The notes: a model not told the origin generated them from the letters alone. Shown: positions 46,795 to 57,067, numbered from the stretch's first letter. The stretch is 64,000 nucleotides of DNA from an uncultured archaeon (GCA_902386025.1 CABMHR010000004.1:1075-65074); one strand, 5' to 3'. Translations and numbers: made by a program.

Positions 46795-49245
46795 TTAAAA
46801 TTCTCCAAGCGTTGTCTGCTTTTTTTTCTCAACGAGAATATTTGCATCAACATTAAAAACCTGCAGTATATTCTCCACAGCAGGAAGAAGCTGATGTTTT
46901 AGGTAATAATCCACATCATATTCCCCTTCTTCATCAATAAGTTTTACTTTGTCTCTTATTAATTTTGACTTGTTTTCCTGCTTTGCTTCTGCAATATAAT
47001 ATTCTATAAGCCCGCCTGCATCAACAGGAATTTCTTTTTCAGCCATTCTTTTTGCAGCAATTACGTGGGGAGTTATTGCTTTATATTCATCAAGAGGCTT
47101 TGTCAATTGAGTCCTTATTGTCATTTTCTTCAAATCAATTTTTCTTTCTCTTACTTCTTTGACAATTCCTTTGAGATATTCCATTGCTTTTTTTTCATTG
47201 CCGTCTTCTAAAATCAATTTCAACACCTTGTTCTGAACCTCTCTTGCAAGAGTGCACCAGTTTCTTCTTACTGTTTCAAAACCGCGGATTTTTAATTTGT
47301 CTTCATAGTTTATCAAAGCATATTTTTTCTTTGCCCCAAGTTCGCCTGTTCTTTTTGTAACCCAGATTCCTCTTTTGTAAAAATCTTCAAGTTCAAGCTC
47401 CATTATTCCCGGAAGCTGTGAATTTAATTTTTTCAGAAACTGCTTTGCCTGTTCTCTTGTTTTTCCATTTAGAAGGAATGCAATTGAATCTGTATCTGAA
47501 TAAATTGTTTTGTATTTTTCTTTGTCTATTTTTTCAATTATTTCTTTTATTGCATTTCTTGCAAATGCTGCTGTTGCTGCAGCAGCTTCTTCGCAGTAAT
47601 ATCTTGCTCCGAAAAATCCCAAGTATCCATATGAAGCATTCGCCAAAAGCTTGAATGCATTGCTTCTTGCTTTTTTTATTGCATCAGGCTTGTCTTTTAA
47701 TTCTCCTTTATACTGCCTTCTTTTTTCTATAATATCTTTCAGCATCTCTGGAAAAAATCCCTGTTCCTTGCTGAAATAAACTTTTCTGCCTGTTATATCT
47801 ATGCTGTAAGCATTTTTTTCAGGCTTCTCAAGAAGAGTTGATTTTGACAAATTGTATGTTACAATAACGCTTCCATAACTGCTTGTGAAATCAAAGATTC
47901 CCAAATTTTCATAAATTCCTGGAGACGGCTGAAAAACAAATGCTCCTTCATATTTCCCCCTTCTTTTTCTTTCCCCAATCTCGTCATATGTTGGACGCTT
48001 TTCGGGGATTTCATTAAACTTGCTTAAATTATGAACAATATAATCTTCAACATTTGCAGACATTCCGTTTCTTGAAACATTAAATACTGGCTCCTGCGTT
48101 ATTCTTGTAAATTCAAGCAAATCAGCCCAGATTTTATTAAAAAGATTGAATGTGAGAATAGAATCCTGCAGATTATATTCAAAATAATTTTCCCATTCAT
48201 CTGCTTCTATCTTTGATGAATGCTTAAATTCAAATTTCTTTTTTGATTCTCCAAGAAATTCATTTGAAACTTCATTAAGAGACATTGTTTCTGACTGCAT
48301 GTATTGGGAATAAGCTGTCTGAATAAATCGAAGCAAATCCACATGAACAATCCCGTCTATTTTTGCTGTTGTCATTATCCCCCTTGAAAATTTGGGCTGG
48401 CTTCCATCAAGTCCAAGATTTAATCTCACTCCGTTTTTTTCTGCTCTCGCTTTAAGATAAGGCAAATCAAATCCATCTGAAAAATAGCCTGTAAGAAAAT
48501 CAGGAGAAATTTGCTTTATAATCTCTGAGAATTTTTCCAGCAATTCTGCCTCATCCTTCACATATTCAACATAAGGAAATTCTTTGTTTTTTTTCCAAGT
48601 TATTACTTTCTTGAAATTTTCAGAAACCAGAGAAATCATTAATATTTCCCCTTCTCCTATTTTGAACTCATCTGTTTCAATATCAAAAGCAAGAACTTTT
48701 GGAGAAAAAATTTCTTTTTTTATGGGATTTATTGAATTTACCTTAATGCAAAAATCAACATTAATATCTGCTATGCCTCCAAACTCTCCTGCATTTAAAA
48801 TTTCTCCCGAAACTTCATACCAGTATAATGGGGCAAATTTTTTCTCAATTATATAATGACTTATGAATCCGATATCATAGCCTCTTCTCTTTTCTATTTC
48901 AGGCATTCCCAATTTATCTGCGACATCGTGCAAGTCCTTGTAATTTGTTGCAAATATTTTCAGGGCTTTCACATCTTTTCCAAGAAATTTTTTATTGTGC
49001 AGTTCTGTTTTTTCTACTTTTGTTTTTCTTCCTTTCACATCAACTTTTATCTTTTCTATCTTTTCCTGCAGTTTTTGTATCTGCTTCTGGCTTAATTTGT
49101 CTTTCAAAATTGCCCAAAAATACACATCGCAGGAATCAATTAGGCATACTCTTTTTCCCTTTGCATCTCTGCCTATAATCTTGGCATAATTTCTTCCTTC
49201 AAAGTCAAAATAGCCATAATCTATTGGAATAAAGTCTATTTTCAT
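46795..49245 (-). CDS. polB: family B DNA polymerase
   Basis: Exo I FDIETD, Pol motifs SYGSV/YGYLGF and YSDTDS. Start set at ATG 49245, 21 nt from TTTAAATA (49267-49274). Confidence 0.93.
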   Translation of the reverse strand: MKIDFIPIDYGYFDFEGRNYAKIIGRDAKGKRVCLIDSCDVYFWAILKDKLSQKQIQKLQEKIEKIKVDVKGRKTKVEKTELHNKKFLGKDVKALKIFATNYKDLHDVADKLGMPEIEKRRGYDIGFISHYIIEKKFAPLYWYEVSGEILNAGEFGGIADINVDFCIKVNSINPIKKEIFSPKVLAFDIETDEFKIGEGEILMISLVSENFKKVITWKKNKEFPYVEYVKDEAELLEKFSEIIKQISPDFLTGYFSDGFDLPYLKARAEKNGVRLNLGLDGSQPKFSRGIMTTAKIDGIVHVDLLRFIQTAYSQYMQSETMSLNEVSNEFLGESKKKFEFKHSSKIEADEWENYFEYNLQDSILTFNLFNKIWADLLEFTRITQEPVFNVSRNGMSANVEDYIVHNLSKFNEIPEKRPTYDEIGERKRRGKYEGAFVFQPSPGIYENLGIFDFTSSYGSVIVTYNLSKSTLLEKPEKNAYSIDITGRKVYFSKEQGFFPEMLKDIIEKRRQYKGELKDKPDAIKKARSNAFKLLANASYGYLGFFGARYYCEEAAAATAAFARNAIKEIIEKIDKEKYKTIYSDTDSIAFLLNGKTREQAKQFLKKLNSQLPGIMELELEDFYKRGIWVTKRTGELGAKKKYALINYEDKLKIRGFETVRRNWCTLAREVQNKVLKLILEDGNEKKAMEYLKGIVKEVRERKIDLKKMTIRTQLTKPLDEYKAITPHVIAAKRMAEKEIPVDAGGLIEYYIAEAKQENKSKLIRDKVKLIDEEGEYDVDYYLKHQLLPAVENILQVFNVDANILVEKKKQTTLGEF

Positions 49246-49323
49246 TCTATAAACTGACATTTTAATTATTTAAAATTAAGCATAAGTAACAAACCTTAAA
49301 TACTCATTTTTAGTGGTTTTTTT

Positions 49324-49548
49324 ATGAAATATAACGACTATAATGAAGGTTATAATTTGCAGATGGAGCATAAAGAAGCAGAAGCTTTATACAAAAAATA
49401 CGGGGATAAAGCATTCACTCCAAGAATACAGATGGAACTGCCTCAAAATACAGCAATTATTATAGATGAAGCACCCGAAGAAATTAGTCCAGAAAAAGAA
49501 AAACTTCTTGACAGAATTCGCAAATTAGCACTTGTTTCTTCACAATAA
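49324..49548 (+). CDS. hypothetical protein
   Basis: 74 aa. CTTAAATA lies 21 nt upstream of the ATG. Confidence 0.4.
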   Translation: MKYNDYNEGYNLQMEHKEAEALYKKYGDKAFTPRIQMELPQNTAIIIDEAPEEISPEKEKLLDRIRKLALVSSQ

Positions 49549-49579
49549 ACTATTTATATTTCTCCCTCATTGAATTCTT

Positions 49580-50620
49580 ATGGGTTTAAACATACGCGAA
49601 ATTATTCCGAGAAATGAAATTGAAATATCTTCTCTAAAGGGAAGAACAATCTGCATTGATGCATTTAATACTTTGTATCAATTTTTGTCAAGCATAAGAC
49701 AGGCAGACGGAACTCCGCTTATGGATAACAAGCAGAGAATAACAAGCCATCTTTCTGGAATTTTTTACAGGAATATTGCCCTTCTTGAACACGGAATAAA
49801 ATTAATTTATGTTTTTGACGGAATCCCCCCTGAAGAAAAATTTGGAACGCATAAGATAAGAAAAGAAGGGAGAGAACTTGCAAGAGAAAAATATGAACAG
49901 GCAAAAGACGAAGAGAATATTGAAGAAATGAAAAGATACAGCAGCCAGCTTGTCAGGATTAATGCGGAAATAATCAAAGAGAGCAAGGAGCTTTTGGAAG
50001 CAATGGGAATTGCAGTTGTTCAGGCGCCAGGAGAAGGAGAAGCACAAGCTGCTCATATGGCGAGAACAATGAGGGATATTTATGCAAGTGCAAGCCAAGA
50101 TTATGACAGCCTGCTTTTCGGAGCTCCTAAACTTGTTAGAAATTTAACTCTTGCAAAAAAAAGAAAAACAATAAGCGGGTGGGTTGAAGTAAAGCCAGAA
50201 ATGATTGAACTTGAAAAAGTTTTGAATTATCTTGAAATAAATCTGGATCAATTAATCTGCCTTGGAATTTTGGTGGGAACAGATTACAATCCAAAAGGGA
50301 TTCCAGGAATAGGGCAGAAAAAAGCCCTGCAGATTGTCAAAAGATACAAACAGCCGATACTAATCTTTGACAGCGTTAAAGAACAGATAAAAAATCTTTC
50401 TGATGAAGACAAGTTTGAATGGAGGGAAATATTTGAATTGTTCCACAAGCCGAATGTTCTTAACACTTTTTTTAAGTTTGGAAAAATTAATGAAAAGAAA
50501 ATAAGGGAAATACTTGTTGAAGAACATAATTTTTCTGATGACAGGGTTCAGAAGCAGCTGGAAAGATTAAGAGAAATTACAGAAAAGAACAAACAAAAAA
50601 ACTTAGAACGTTGGTTTTAA
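49580..50620 (+). CDS. fen: flap endonuclease FEN1
   Basis: XPG-N (MGLNIREI...IDAFNTLYQF), XPG-I (GEGEAQAA), H3TH (LVGTDYNP.GIPGIG) and a C-terminal PIP-like tail. Confidence 0.93.
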   Translation: MGLNIREIIPRNEIEISSLKGRTICIDAFNTLYQFLSSIRQADGTPLMDNKQRITSHLSGIFYRNIALLEHGIKLIYVFDGIPPEEKFGTHKIRKEGRELAREKYEQAKDEENIEEMKRYSSQLVRINAEIIKESKELLEAMGIAVVQAPGEGEAQAAHMARTMRDIYASASQDYDSLLFGAPKLVRNLTLAKKRKTISGWVEVKPEMIELEKVLNYLEINLDQLICLGILVGTDYNPKGIPGIGQKKALQIVKRYKQPILIFDSVKEQIKNLSDEDKFEWREIFELFHKPNVLNTFFKFGKINEKKIREILVEEHNFSDDRVQKQLERLREITEKNKQKNLERWF

Positions 50621-50621
50621 T

Positions 50622-51125
50622 TTATTTTTTCTTATCGCCTTTGCCTTTTTTCATAAACAGCCTTATACCAATTAAAATAACTCCGACTACTATAAGAAGA
50701 GTTTTTGCATAAACAAAAAAACTTGCAACTATAAACAAACCGCCAAGAACAAACAAAGAATCTTTTTTCAGGTTTACAATCATAAATATAACTCCTGCAA
50801 TTACCACAAGAGCAATAATCAGATTAAGCGTCTCTCCTGATATTCCCAGATTGGAAAATAAATTACTAACATCAAAATTGCTTTTGTTTAATCCATAAAC
50901 TATCAAAAAAGACAAGGTTACTGCAATTATTCCTGCAAATGATTTGTTTTCCTTGAAAAGTGTTTTGCTAAGAGAAAAGAATAAAATAACAAAAGAAATT
51001 ATGAATACTGAAAAAAATACCACTGTTGACTGCTCTATGCTGTTTAGCAAGTCATCCAATCCGTTCTGGGCGCTTGCAAAGTTTATTATAAATATAAAAA
51101 GAAAAAGGGAAATTATTTTTTTCAT
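50622..51125 (-). CDS. hypothetical multi-pass membrane protein
   Basis: Signal peptide plus about 4 TM segments. ATG 51125 lies 21 nt from CTTATAAA (51147-51154). Confidence 0.45.
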   Translation of the reverse strand: MKKIISLFLFIFIINFASAQNGLDDLLNSIEQSTVVFFSVFIISFVILFFSLSKTLFKENKSFAGIIAVTLSFLIVYGLNKSNFDVSNLFSNLGISGETLNLIIALVVIAGVIFMIVNLKKDSLFVLGGLFIVASFFVYAKTLLIVVGVILIGIRLFMKKGKGDKKK

Positions 51126-51216
51126 ATAAACTGCAGGGAAATGGTTTTTATAAGTTTTTTGCAATTTGCCCTCTTCTCATAAAAAAGTTTATAAATAGGA
51201 AAGTGCTTTTTTAGGG

Positions 51217-52065
51217 ATGAAGAAAACAAGAGGCAGCAGAAAAAAGATTTCTCATTCCAAACACAGAAGAAGATTATTCAGCGACAAGGCGCTTACTGCA
51301 TTTAACAGCAAGATGATTGTAGTCCTTGTGGTTCTTGTGTTTTTGGCTTCTGCACTTGTGTTAAGTTCCTTTCATAATTCAACTGCTCCTGCTTCAACAG
51401 GATATGCAATTACTGGAAATGCAGAGACAAATTTTATTGCTGATTTATTTACAAAATGGCAGGGAGGACAGCTGGATGTTAACATTGCTAAATATTTGTT
51501 CTGGCTTATGCTTACAGGAGTTATTTGGGCAGCATTAAGTTTTGCCAAATTTCCTGAAAATGGAGCGCTTCAGGCATTAATTGCAATTCCTGTAGGATTT
51601 TTAGCAACTGCGTATATCACCCCTGCTGAAGTGTTCACTGTGCTTACAAGCTATACTGCATTGGGAATAACATTGACTTTTCTTATACCTTTTATCATAA
51701 TGATTTTTGTTTCTGCAATGCTTGCAGGAAATGAGAAAATATCTAAAATGAGTGTTCCAAAAGTGCTAATCGAAATGTTGCTGTGGATATTCTTCTTGGT
51801 TATTCAAGTTTATAAAATGATAGAAGGATGGGCTACAGGGCAGATTGTTTTTGGATTAAGCCTGCCTGTAATAATAATGGTTCTAACCTTTTTCGTTACT
51901 ATTTTAATTGTTATCTTCCCCTCTAAGTTTAGAAAAATGATGTGGAACATACAAAATGACATAAGAAGAGCACAAAATGAAGTTGCAGCAACAGAAGCAG
52001 TCAGCGCCACAAAACTTGCAAAACAAATGGAAGAAGCAAGGAAAGGAAGAGGTTATTTTGATTAA
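51217..52065 (+). CDS. hypothetical multi-pass membrane protein
   Basis: Basic N-terminus and 5-6 TM segments. TTTATAAA (51188-51195) lies 21 nt upstream. Confidence 0.45.
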   Translation: MKKTRGSRKKISHSKHRRRLFSDKALTAFNSKMIVVLVVLVFLASALVLSSFHNSTAPASTGYAITGNAETNFIADLFTKWQGGQLDVNIAKYLFWLMLTGVIWAALSFAKFPENGALQALIAIPVGFLATAYITPAEVFTVLTSYTALGITLTFLIPFIIMIFVSAMLAGNEKISKMSVPKVLIEMLLWIFFLVIQVYKMIEGWATGQIVFGLSLPVIIMVLTFFVTILIVIFPSKFRKMMWNIQNDIRRAQNEVAATEAVSATKLAKQMEEARKGRGYFD

Positions 52066-52114
52066 TAAAATTTAGACAGATAAGATTTAATAATTCTTCT
52101 TATTTATTCTTGAT

Positions 52115-52897
52115 ATGGCTTTGAATATGCGTTCTTATGATGTTCTTGGAAATATTGCATTTGTTAAATTTCCAGAGAAATTCAAAATAAAAGACAAGAA
52201 AAAATTTGCAGAAAAGATTTTGAAAGAGCAGAAGGGAATAAGAACTATTTTAGAAAAGAAAGAAAATATTAAGGGAAGATTGAGAAAACTTTCAACCAAC
52301 TATATTGCAGGAGAAAAAACAAAAGAAGTTTTGTATAAAGAGAATGGATGCGTTTTCAGGTTTAACATAGACAAGACATATTTCTCTCCAAGATTGAGCA
52401 ACGAGAGAATGGAGATTGCTTCAATGATAAAAAAAGGAGATTTGGTTTTAGTAATGTTTGCAGGTGTTGCCCCCTTTTCAATTGTTATTGCAAAAAATTC
52501 GCAGGCAAAAAAAGTTTATTCAAATGAACTGAACAGGGAAGCAAACAAATATGCTGAACTTAACATAAAACTCAACAAGCTGAAAGACAAAGTTGAACTT
52601 GTTAATGGGGACATAAAAAAAGTTGCTCCCAAAATAAAGCAGAAGTTTGATGTTATTGTTATGCCCCGCCCGCAGTTAAAAGACTCTTTTCTCAAGGAAG
52701 CATTTAAATTAAGCAAGAAGGGAACAAGAATTTATTATTATGACTTCTGCAGGGTTGAAGAAATAAATTTAATTGCTGACAAAATCAGGGAAGAAGCAAA
52801 GAAAGCAGGAAAGAAAATAGAAATTCTGAATGTAAAAAGGGCAGGAGAGATTGCCCCTTACAAGACAAGACTGCGCATTGATTTTAAAGTGGTTTAA
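52115..52897 (+). CDS. trm5: tRNA (guanine37-N1)-methyltransferase Trm5/Taw22 (Met-10+ family)
   Basis: YDVLGNIAFVKF start, FSPRLSNER, SAM-binding VLVMFAGVAPFS, and a PRP motif. Confidence 0.8.
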   Translation: MALNMRSYDVLGNIAFVKFPEKFKIKDKKKFAEKILKEQKGIRTILEKKENIKGRLRKLSTNYIAGEKTKEVLYKENGCVFRFNIDKTYFSPRLSNERMEIASMIKKGDLVLVMFAGVAPFSIVIAKNSQAKKVYSNELNREANKYAELNIKLNKLKDKVELVNGDIKKVAPKIKQKFDVIVMPRPQLKDSFLKEAFKLSKKGTRIYYYDFCRVEEINLIADKIREEAKKAGKKIEILNVKRAGEIAPYKTRLRIDFKVV

Positions 52898-52960
52898 TGT
52901 ATTACTATTTAATGGTAACAAATAGAAAGATTTATAAATAATGGATATTCTTTCTTATTT

Positions 52961-53401
52961 ATGACAGACAATAAATCCTTAATTGAAGAAATCTATGAAG
53001 GTATGAGAAAGCTCCCTTACAAGTCAGATGAATTAGAGCTTCTTAACTCAAAAGTCACTCCAAGGAAAAGCGGGAATTTCTTTTATAATCTGTTTACCAC
53101 AACCAAGAAATATTTTAATGGAATTCCAGGAAGAGTAAAATTATGGAGAGAAAGAATACTTCCTTATTTTTTCAATCTTCCAGCAGTAAAAATGGCTCAA
53201 GAAGGCGGATTGGAGATGAAGGCGAAAAATGATTTTTTTGGAAGCAGAATTACTATACGCGACAAGGAAACAAAATCCAGCTTAAGAATAAAAGCTCCGT
53301 GGTTTTCTTCTATACTTAGCTATCTATTTGGAAACCTCACTAAATCAAGATTATATGTTCCTTCTGATTTTTCTGATGTAAGCTATAAAATAATTAATTA
53401 G
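52961..53401 (+). CDS. hypothetical protein
   Basis: 146 aa. TTTATAAA (52931-52938) lies 22 nt upstream. Confidence 0.4.
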   Translation: MTDNKSLIEEIYEGMRKLPYKSDELELLNSKVTPRKSGNFFYNLFTTTKKYFNGIPGRVKLWRERILPYFFNLPAVKMAQEGGLEMKAKNDFFGSRITIRDKETKSSLRIKAPWFSSILSYLFGNLTKSRLYVPSDFSDVSYKIIN

Positions 53402-53469
53402 AACTGTTTAATGCAGAATATATTTTAATCCTACATTAAATTTATATATAGAATATTTTTTTGTTAAAT

Positions 53470-54663
53470 ATGAGAAGTGATTATACAATTTCTGCTGAAT
53501 CTGTTACAGAAGGGCATCCCGATAAAATATGCGACCAGATTTCTGATGCTGTTCTTGATGATTTATTAAGGCAGGATTCAAATTCAAGAGTTGCCTGCGA
53601 ATCTGCAATAAAAGATTCTGGCGTTTGGGTTTTAGGAGAAGTAACAACAGAAAAATATTGCGATGTTCCAACTATTGCACGTTCTGTTATGAAATCTATT
53701 GGATATGACAGTCCGGAATTGGGATTGGATTATAATTCTTGCTCTATTCATACTTCTTTAGAAAGACAATCGCCTGAAATTTCACAGGGAGTTTCAAAAT
53801 CAATTGAAGAGCAGGGAGCAGGAGATCAGGGGATGATGTTTGGCTATGCCTGCAGAGACACTGCAGAATTAATGCCTATGCCTATTTATTTTGCCCATAG
53901 ATTAACAGAAAAACTTGCAGAAACGAGAAAAACAGGAAAATTATTATTTTTGCGTCCTGACGGAAAAAGCCAAGTTACAGTAAGATACGAAAACAACAAA
54001 CCTGTTGCTGTTCAAAATGTTACTATTGCTGCACAGCACGATGAAGATGTTTCTGCTGAAGATTTAAAAGAAGGAATTATTGAAGAAGTTGTAAAAAAAG
54101 CAATCTCTTTGAAATATTTGACAAATATTGATTTTAATAATTCAAGACAATTTATAATTAACGGAACAGGCAGATTTACTATCGGAGGTCCAAAGGGAGA
54201 TGCAGGATTGACAGGAAGAAAAATAATTGTTGATACTTATGGCGGATTTGCAAGACACGGGGGAGGAGCATTTTCAGGAAAAGACCCAAGCAAAGTTGAC
54301 AGAAGCGCTGCATATATGGCGAGGTACATCGCAAAAAACCTTGTTGCTTCTGGACTTGCAAATAGATGCGAAGTTCAATTAGCTTATACTATTGGAGTTG
54401 CAGAGCCAAATAATCTTATGATTGACACTTTTGGGACAGGAAAAATAAACGATTCTGAATTAGAAAAAATTGTTAAATATAAATTCCCCTTAAAACCTGG
54501 ATTAATCATTGAACATTTAAAATTAAAAAATCCAATATTTCTTCCAACAGCATCATACGGGCATTTTGGAAGAAAACCTTATTCTGAAAACGGACTTGAC
54601 TTTTTTACTTGGGAAAAGGCAGACAAGGCAGAAGAATTAAGAGAACTTGCAAGAACGTTATAA
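53470..54663 (+). CDS. metK: S-adenosylmethionine synthetase, bacterial/eukaryal MetK type
   Basis: ESVTEGHPDKICDQISD, GAGDQGMMFGYA and GGGAFSGKDPSKVDRSAAY. ATG 53470 lies 21 nt from TTTATATA. Confidence 0.93.
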   Translation: MRSDYTISAESVTEGHPDKICDQISDAVLDDLLRQDSNSRVACESAIKDSGVWVLGEVTTEKYCDVPTIARSVMKSIGYDSPELGLDYNSCSIHTSLERQSPEISQGVSKSIEEQGAGDQGMMFGYACRDTAELMPMPIYFAHRLTEKLAETRKTGKLLFLRPDGKSQVTVRYENNKPVAVQNVTIAAQHDEDVSAEDLKEGIIEEVVKKAISLKYLTNIDFNNSRQFIINGTGRFTIGGPKGDAGLTGRKIIVDTYGGFARHGGGAFSGKDPSKVDRSAAYMARYIAKNLVASGLANRCEVQLAYTIGVAEPNNLMIDTFGTGKINDSELEKIVKYKFPLKPGLIIEHLKLKNPIFLPTASYGHFGRKPYSENGLDFFTWEKADKAEELRELARTL

Positions 54664-54681
54664 TTTATCTTTTGGAATTAT

Positions 54682-54699
54682 TTATCACTTCTTTTTTAA
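54682..54699. repeat. intergenic element copy 1 (TTATCACTTCTTTTTTAA; extended similarity 54674-54722)
   Basis: 18/18 identity with 57836-57853, plus TGAACAAA 15 nt further on in both copies. Confidence 0.7.
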
Positions 54700-54751
54700 C
54701 AAGATAGCCTTTATTGAACAAAGCTGAATGTTTTGATTGTCAATTTTTTAT

Positions 54752-55921
54752 TTATAATTGTGCATATTCTATTTCTTCTTCGTCTAACTTCAATTCTTTT
54801 TGTATATTTGGATTTGATTTGATAATCTGCTTTATTATGGGAAACTCATTCATAGCCCGCTTTTGGCTTACGTGAACATACTGCGAATATTTTTCGCATA
54901 TTGATTTTTTTTGTATTGTCTTTTGATTATTCATCCATATCTGAAGAATTCTTGACGGCTTTTTGTAGCTTGTAAATCCTGTTTTGGAATTTTTTTTGGC
55001 AGAAGCAATTCCATAGCTTAAGAAAATATTTTCATAAACTAAAAATCTCCAATACTGCTGCTTGTATATTCTTCCCTTGAAAATATCTGCCTTGCTAAGC
55101 AAATCATATGCTCTTGCGAGCTCTTCTCCTTTGTATTCTGCAGGTATATTTTCTTCAAACCAGAGCATTATATCATCTATAGACATATTTACAGAATCAA
55201 AAATTCCCATAATTTCATTTGTCGGCTTTTCCTTGAAAACTTTTCTCAATGAATTAAATATATCTGTCTCTTTATTTCTCTCATCAAGTATTATGGAAAA
55301 ATAATCCTTCAGTCTGGAAAGCGTCTGCAAATCATTTATCGCAGCCCTCAAATCTCCTTTTGCTTTTATTGAAAGTTCTGTTATAAAATCGCTGTCAATT
55401 GAAAGCCCTTCTATTGCAGAAATTTCGGAGATTATTGTTTTTATTATATTATAGCTTATTTCTTTAAGTTGCAAAAGCTCGCATTTTTTTCTAAGCAGAT
55501 TAAATTTTTTGTCCCATATATCATTTGCAGTAATTATCATTGGATAAGGAGTTAAATCAATTATTCTGATTAATTCAGGAAGCCCCCCATAGTCCAGCTC
55601 TGAAATGCCGTCAACTTCATCAACCAAAATAAGCTTGTTCTTTTTTTCAAGAGATTTTTGCTCTACTGCAGGTTTTAGAATCGTGCTTAATTTTTCCTTG
55701 TTTCTGAAATCAGAAGCATTCAGCTCAAATATTTCCAAATCATTTTCTTTTGCTGCTGCACAGGCAATGCTCGTCTTCCCTGTTCCAGGAGGGCCGTAAA
55801 GAATTATAGCTCTTTTGCCTTTTCCAAAATTTTTAATAAAATATTTTATTTTAACTACTGCTTCATCCTGCCCTTTTATTTCTCCAAGATTTTTAGGACG
55901 ATATTTTTCTGTCAAAGTCAT
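54752..55921 (-). CDS. rfcL: replication factor C large subunit
   Basis: [19 protein letters not shown] and RFC box layout. Starts 2 nt after the rfcS stop, with AGGAG upstream. Confidence 0.88.
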   Translation of the reverse strand: MTLTEKYRPKNLGEIKGQDEAVVKIKYFIKNFGKGKRAIILYGPPGTGKTSIACAAAKENDLEIFELNASDFRNKEKLSTILKPAVEQKSLEKKNKLILVDEVDGISELDYGGLPELIRIIDLTPYPMIITANDIWDKKFNLLRKKCELLQLKEISYNIIKTIISEISAIEGLSIDSDFITELSIKAKGDLRAAINDLQTLSRLKDYFSIILDERNKETDIFNSLRKVFKEKPTNEIMGIFDSVNMSIDDIMLWFEENIPAEYKGEELARAYDLLSKADIFKGRIYKQQYWRFLVYENIFLSYGIASAKKNSKTGFTSYKKPSRILQIWMNNQKTIQKKSICEKYSQYVHVSQKRAMNEFPIIKQIIKSNPNIQKELKLDEEEIEYAQL

Positions 55922-55922
55922 T

Positions 55923-56885
55923 TTACTCCTTTCCTAGTCCAGCAAGAACAAAACTTGCCAGCAAAGACTGCAATTGAATAAATGGGTCGCTTCCCTCAAC
56001 AATTCTAAATTCTGTTTCTCCTGTCTTCTCTGTTAATTTTACTTTAATTGTTGGCTCAACAGGGAGATTCCATATTTCTTTTTGGATTGCTTTTATAACG
56101 TCCTGTCCTGAAATGCTTTCTTTCAGCATTATATCAAGCAGTTTTTCTTTTGCACTTTGAAAGTCACCCGAGAGGGCATAATCAAGAACCACTTTTATGT
56201 CTCTTGGTTTTGTGTTTGAGATAATTGTTGCAACGAGCTCTGCACTTATCAAAGGAGAAATTGAAGCTGTTGACTGAAGAATATTTATGCATCTTCTGCA
56301 GTCTCCTTCGCATCCTTCATAAAGTATCTCAACTGCATCTGGTTTTATGTCCAGTTTTTCTTTTTCTGCTATTTTCACAATTACTTTTTCAACATCTTTC
56401 TTTTCCAAAAGCTTGAATTTGAAGATTGCACAACGCGACTGGATTGGGTCAATAATCTTGCTTGAATAGTTGCAGGACAGGATAAAACGGCAGGTTGTTG
56501 AATAATTTTCCATTGTTCTTCTCAATGCCTGCTGAGCTTCTGGGGTTAAGGCATCTGCTTCATCAAGGAAGATTATTTTGAAAGGAATGTTTCCTATTGA
56601 TTTTGTCCTTGCGAAATTCTTGACTTTTTCCCTCACTACATTTATCCCTCGTTCATCAGAAGCATTCAGTTCCAGATAATTTTCCTTCCAATTTTCCTTG
56701 TATAATTCTTTTACCACAATAAGCGCAAGAGTTGATTTTCCTGTTCCTGCTGGGCCTGCAAAAAGCATATGTGGAATATTCATAGAATTTGTAAGGGATT
56801 CAACTCTCTTTACAGAGTTATCCTGCCCGACAATTTCTGAAAAAGTAGAAGGACGATATCTTTCTGTCCATATACTGCTCACCAT
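55923..56885 (-). CDS. rfcS: replication factor C small subunit
   Basis: WTERYRP, GPAGTGKST, IIFLDEADALT and SRC motif (QSRCAIF). No intein. Confidence 0.93.
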   Translation of the reverse strand: MVSSIWTERYRPSTFSEIVGQDNSVKRVESLTNSMNIPHMLFAGPAGTGKSTLALIVVKELYKENWKENYLELNASDERGINVVREKVKNFARTKSIGNIPFKIIFLDEADALTPEAQQALRRTMENYSTTCRFILSCNYSSKIIDPIQSRCAIFKFKLLEKKDVEKVIVKIAEKEKLDIKPDAVEILYEGCEGDCRRCINILQSTASISPLISAELVATIISNTKPRDIKVVLDYALSGDFQSAKEKLLDIMLKESISGQDVIKAIQKEIWNLPVEPTIKVKLTEKTGETEFRIVEGSDPFIQLQSLLASFVLAGLGKE

Positions 56886-56950
56886 GCTATACTATCCTAA
56901 ATTTAACTTATAAAGATTTGTATGGTTTTTTGAAGTTTATAGAATTATTT

Positions 56951-57067
56951 TTACTTGGCTTTTTCTTTTCTCAATTTTCTCTTATGTTTTTCCTTTCTAA
57001 GTCTTTTTCTCTGCCACTTCCATCTCATCTGCTGCTTTTTCTTCCATCTTCTTGAGCTTCTTTTCAT
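56951..57067 (-). CDS. rpl41e: 50S ribosomal protein L41e (38 aa)
   Basis: MKRSSRRWKKKQQMRWKWQRKRLRKEKHKRKLRKEKAK shows the archaeal L41e RRWKKK..MRWKW pattern. ATG 57067 lies 21 nt from TTTTTAAA. Confidence 0.65.
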   Translation of the reverse strand: MKRSSRRWKKKQQMRWKWQRKRLRKEKHKRKLRKEKAK

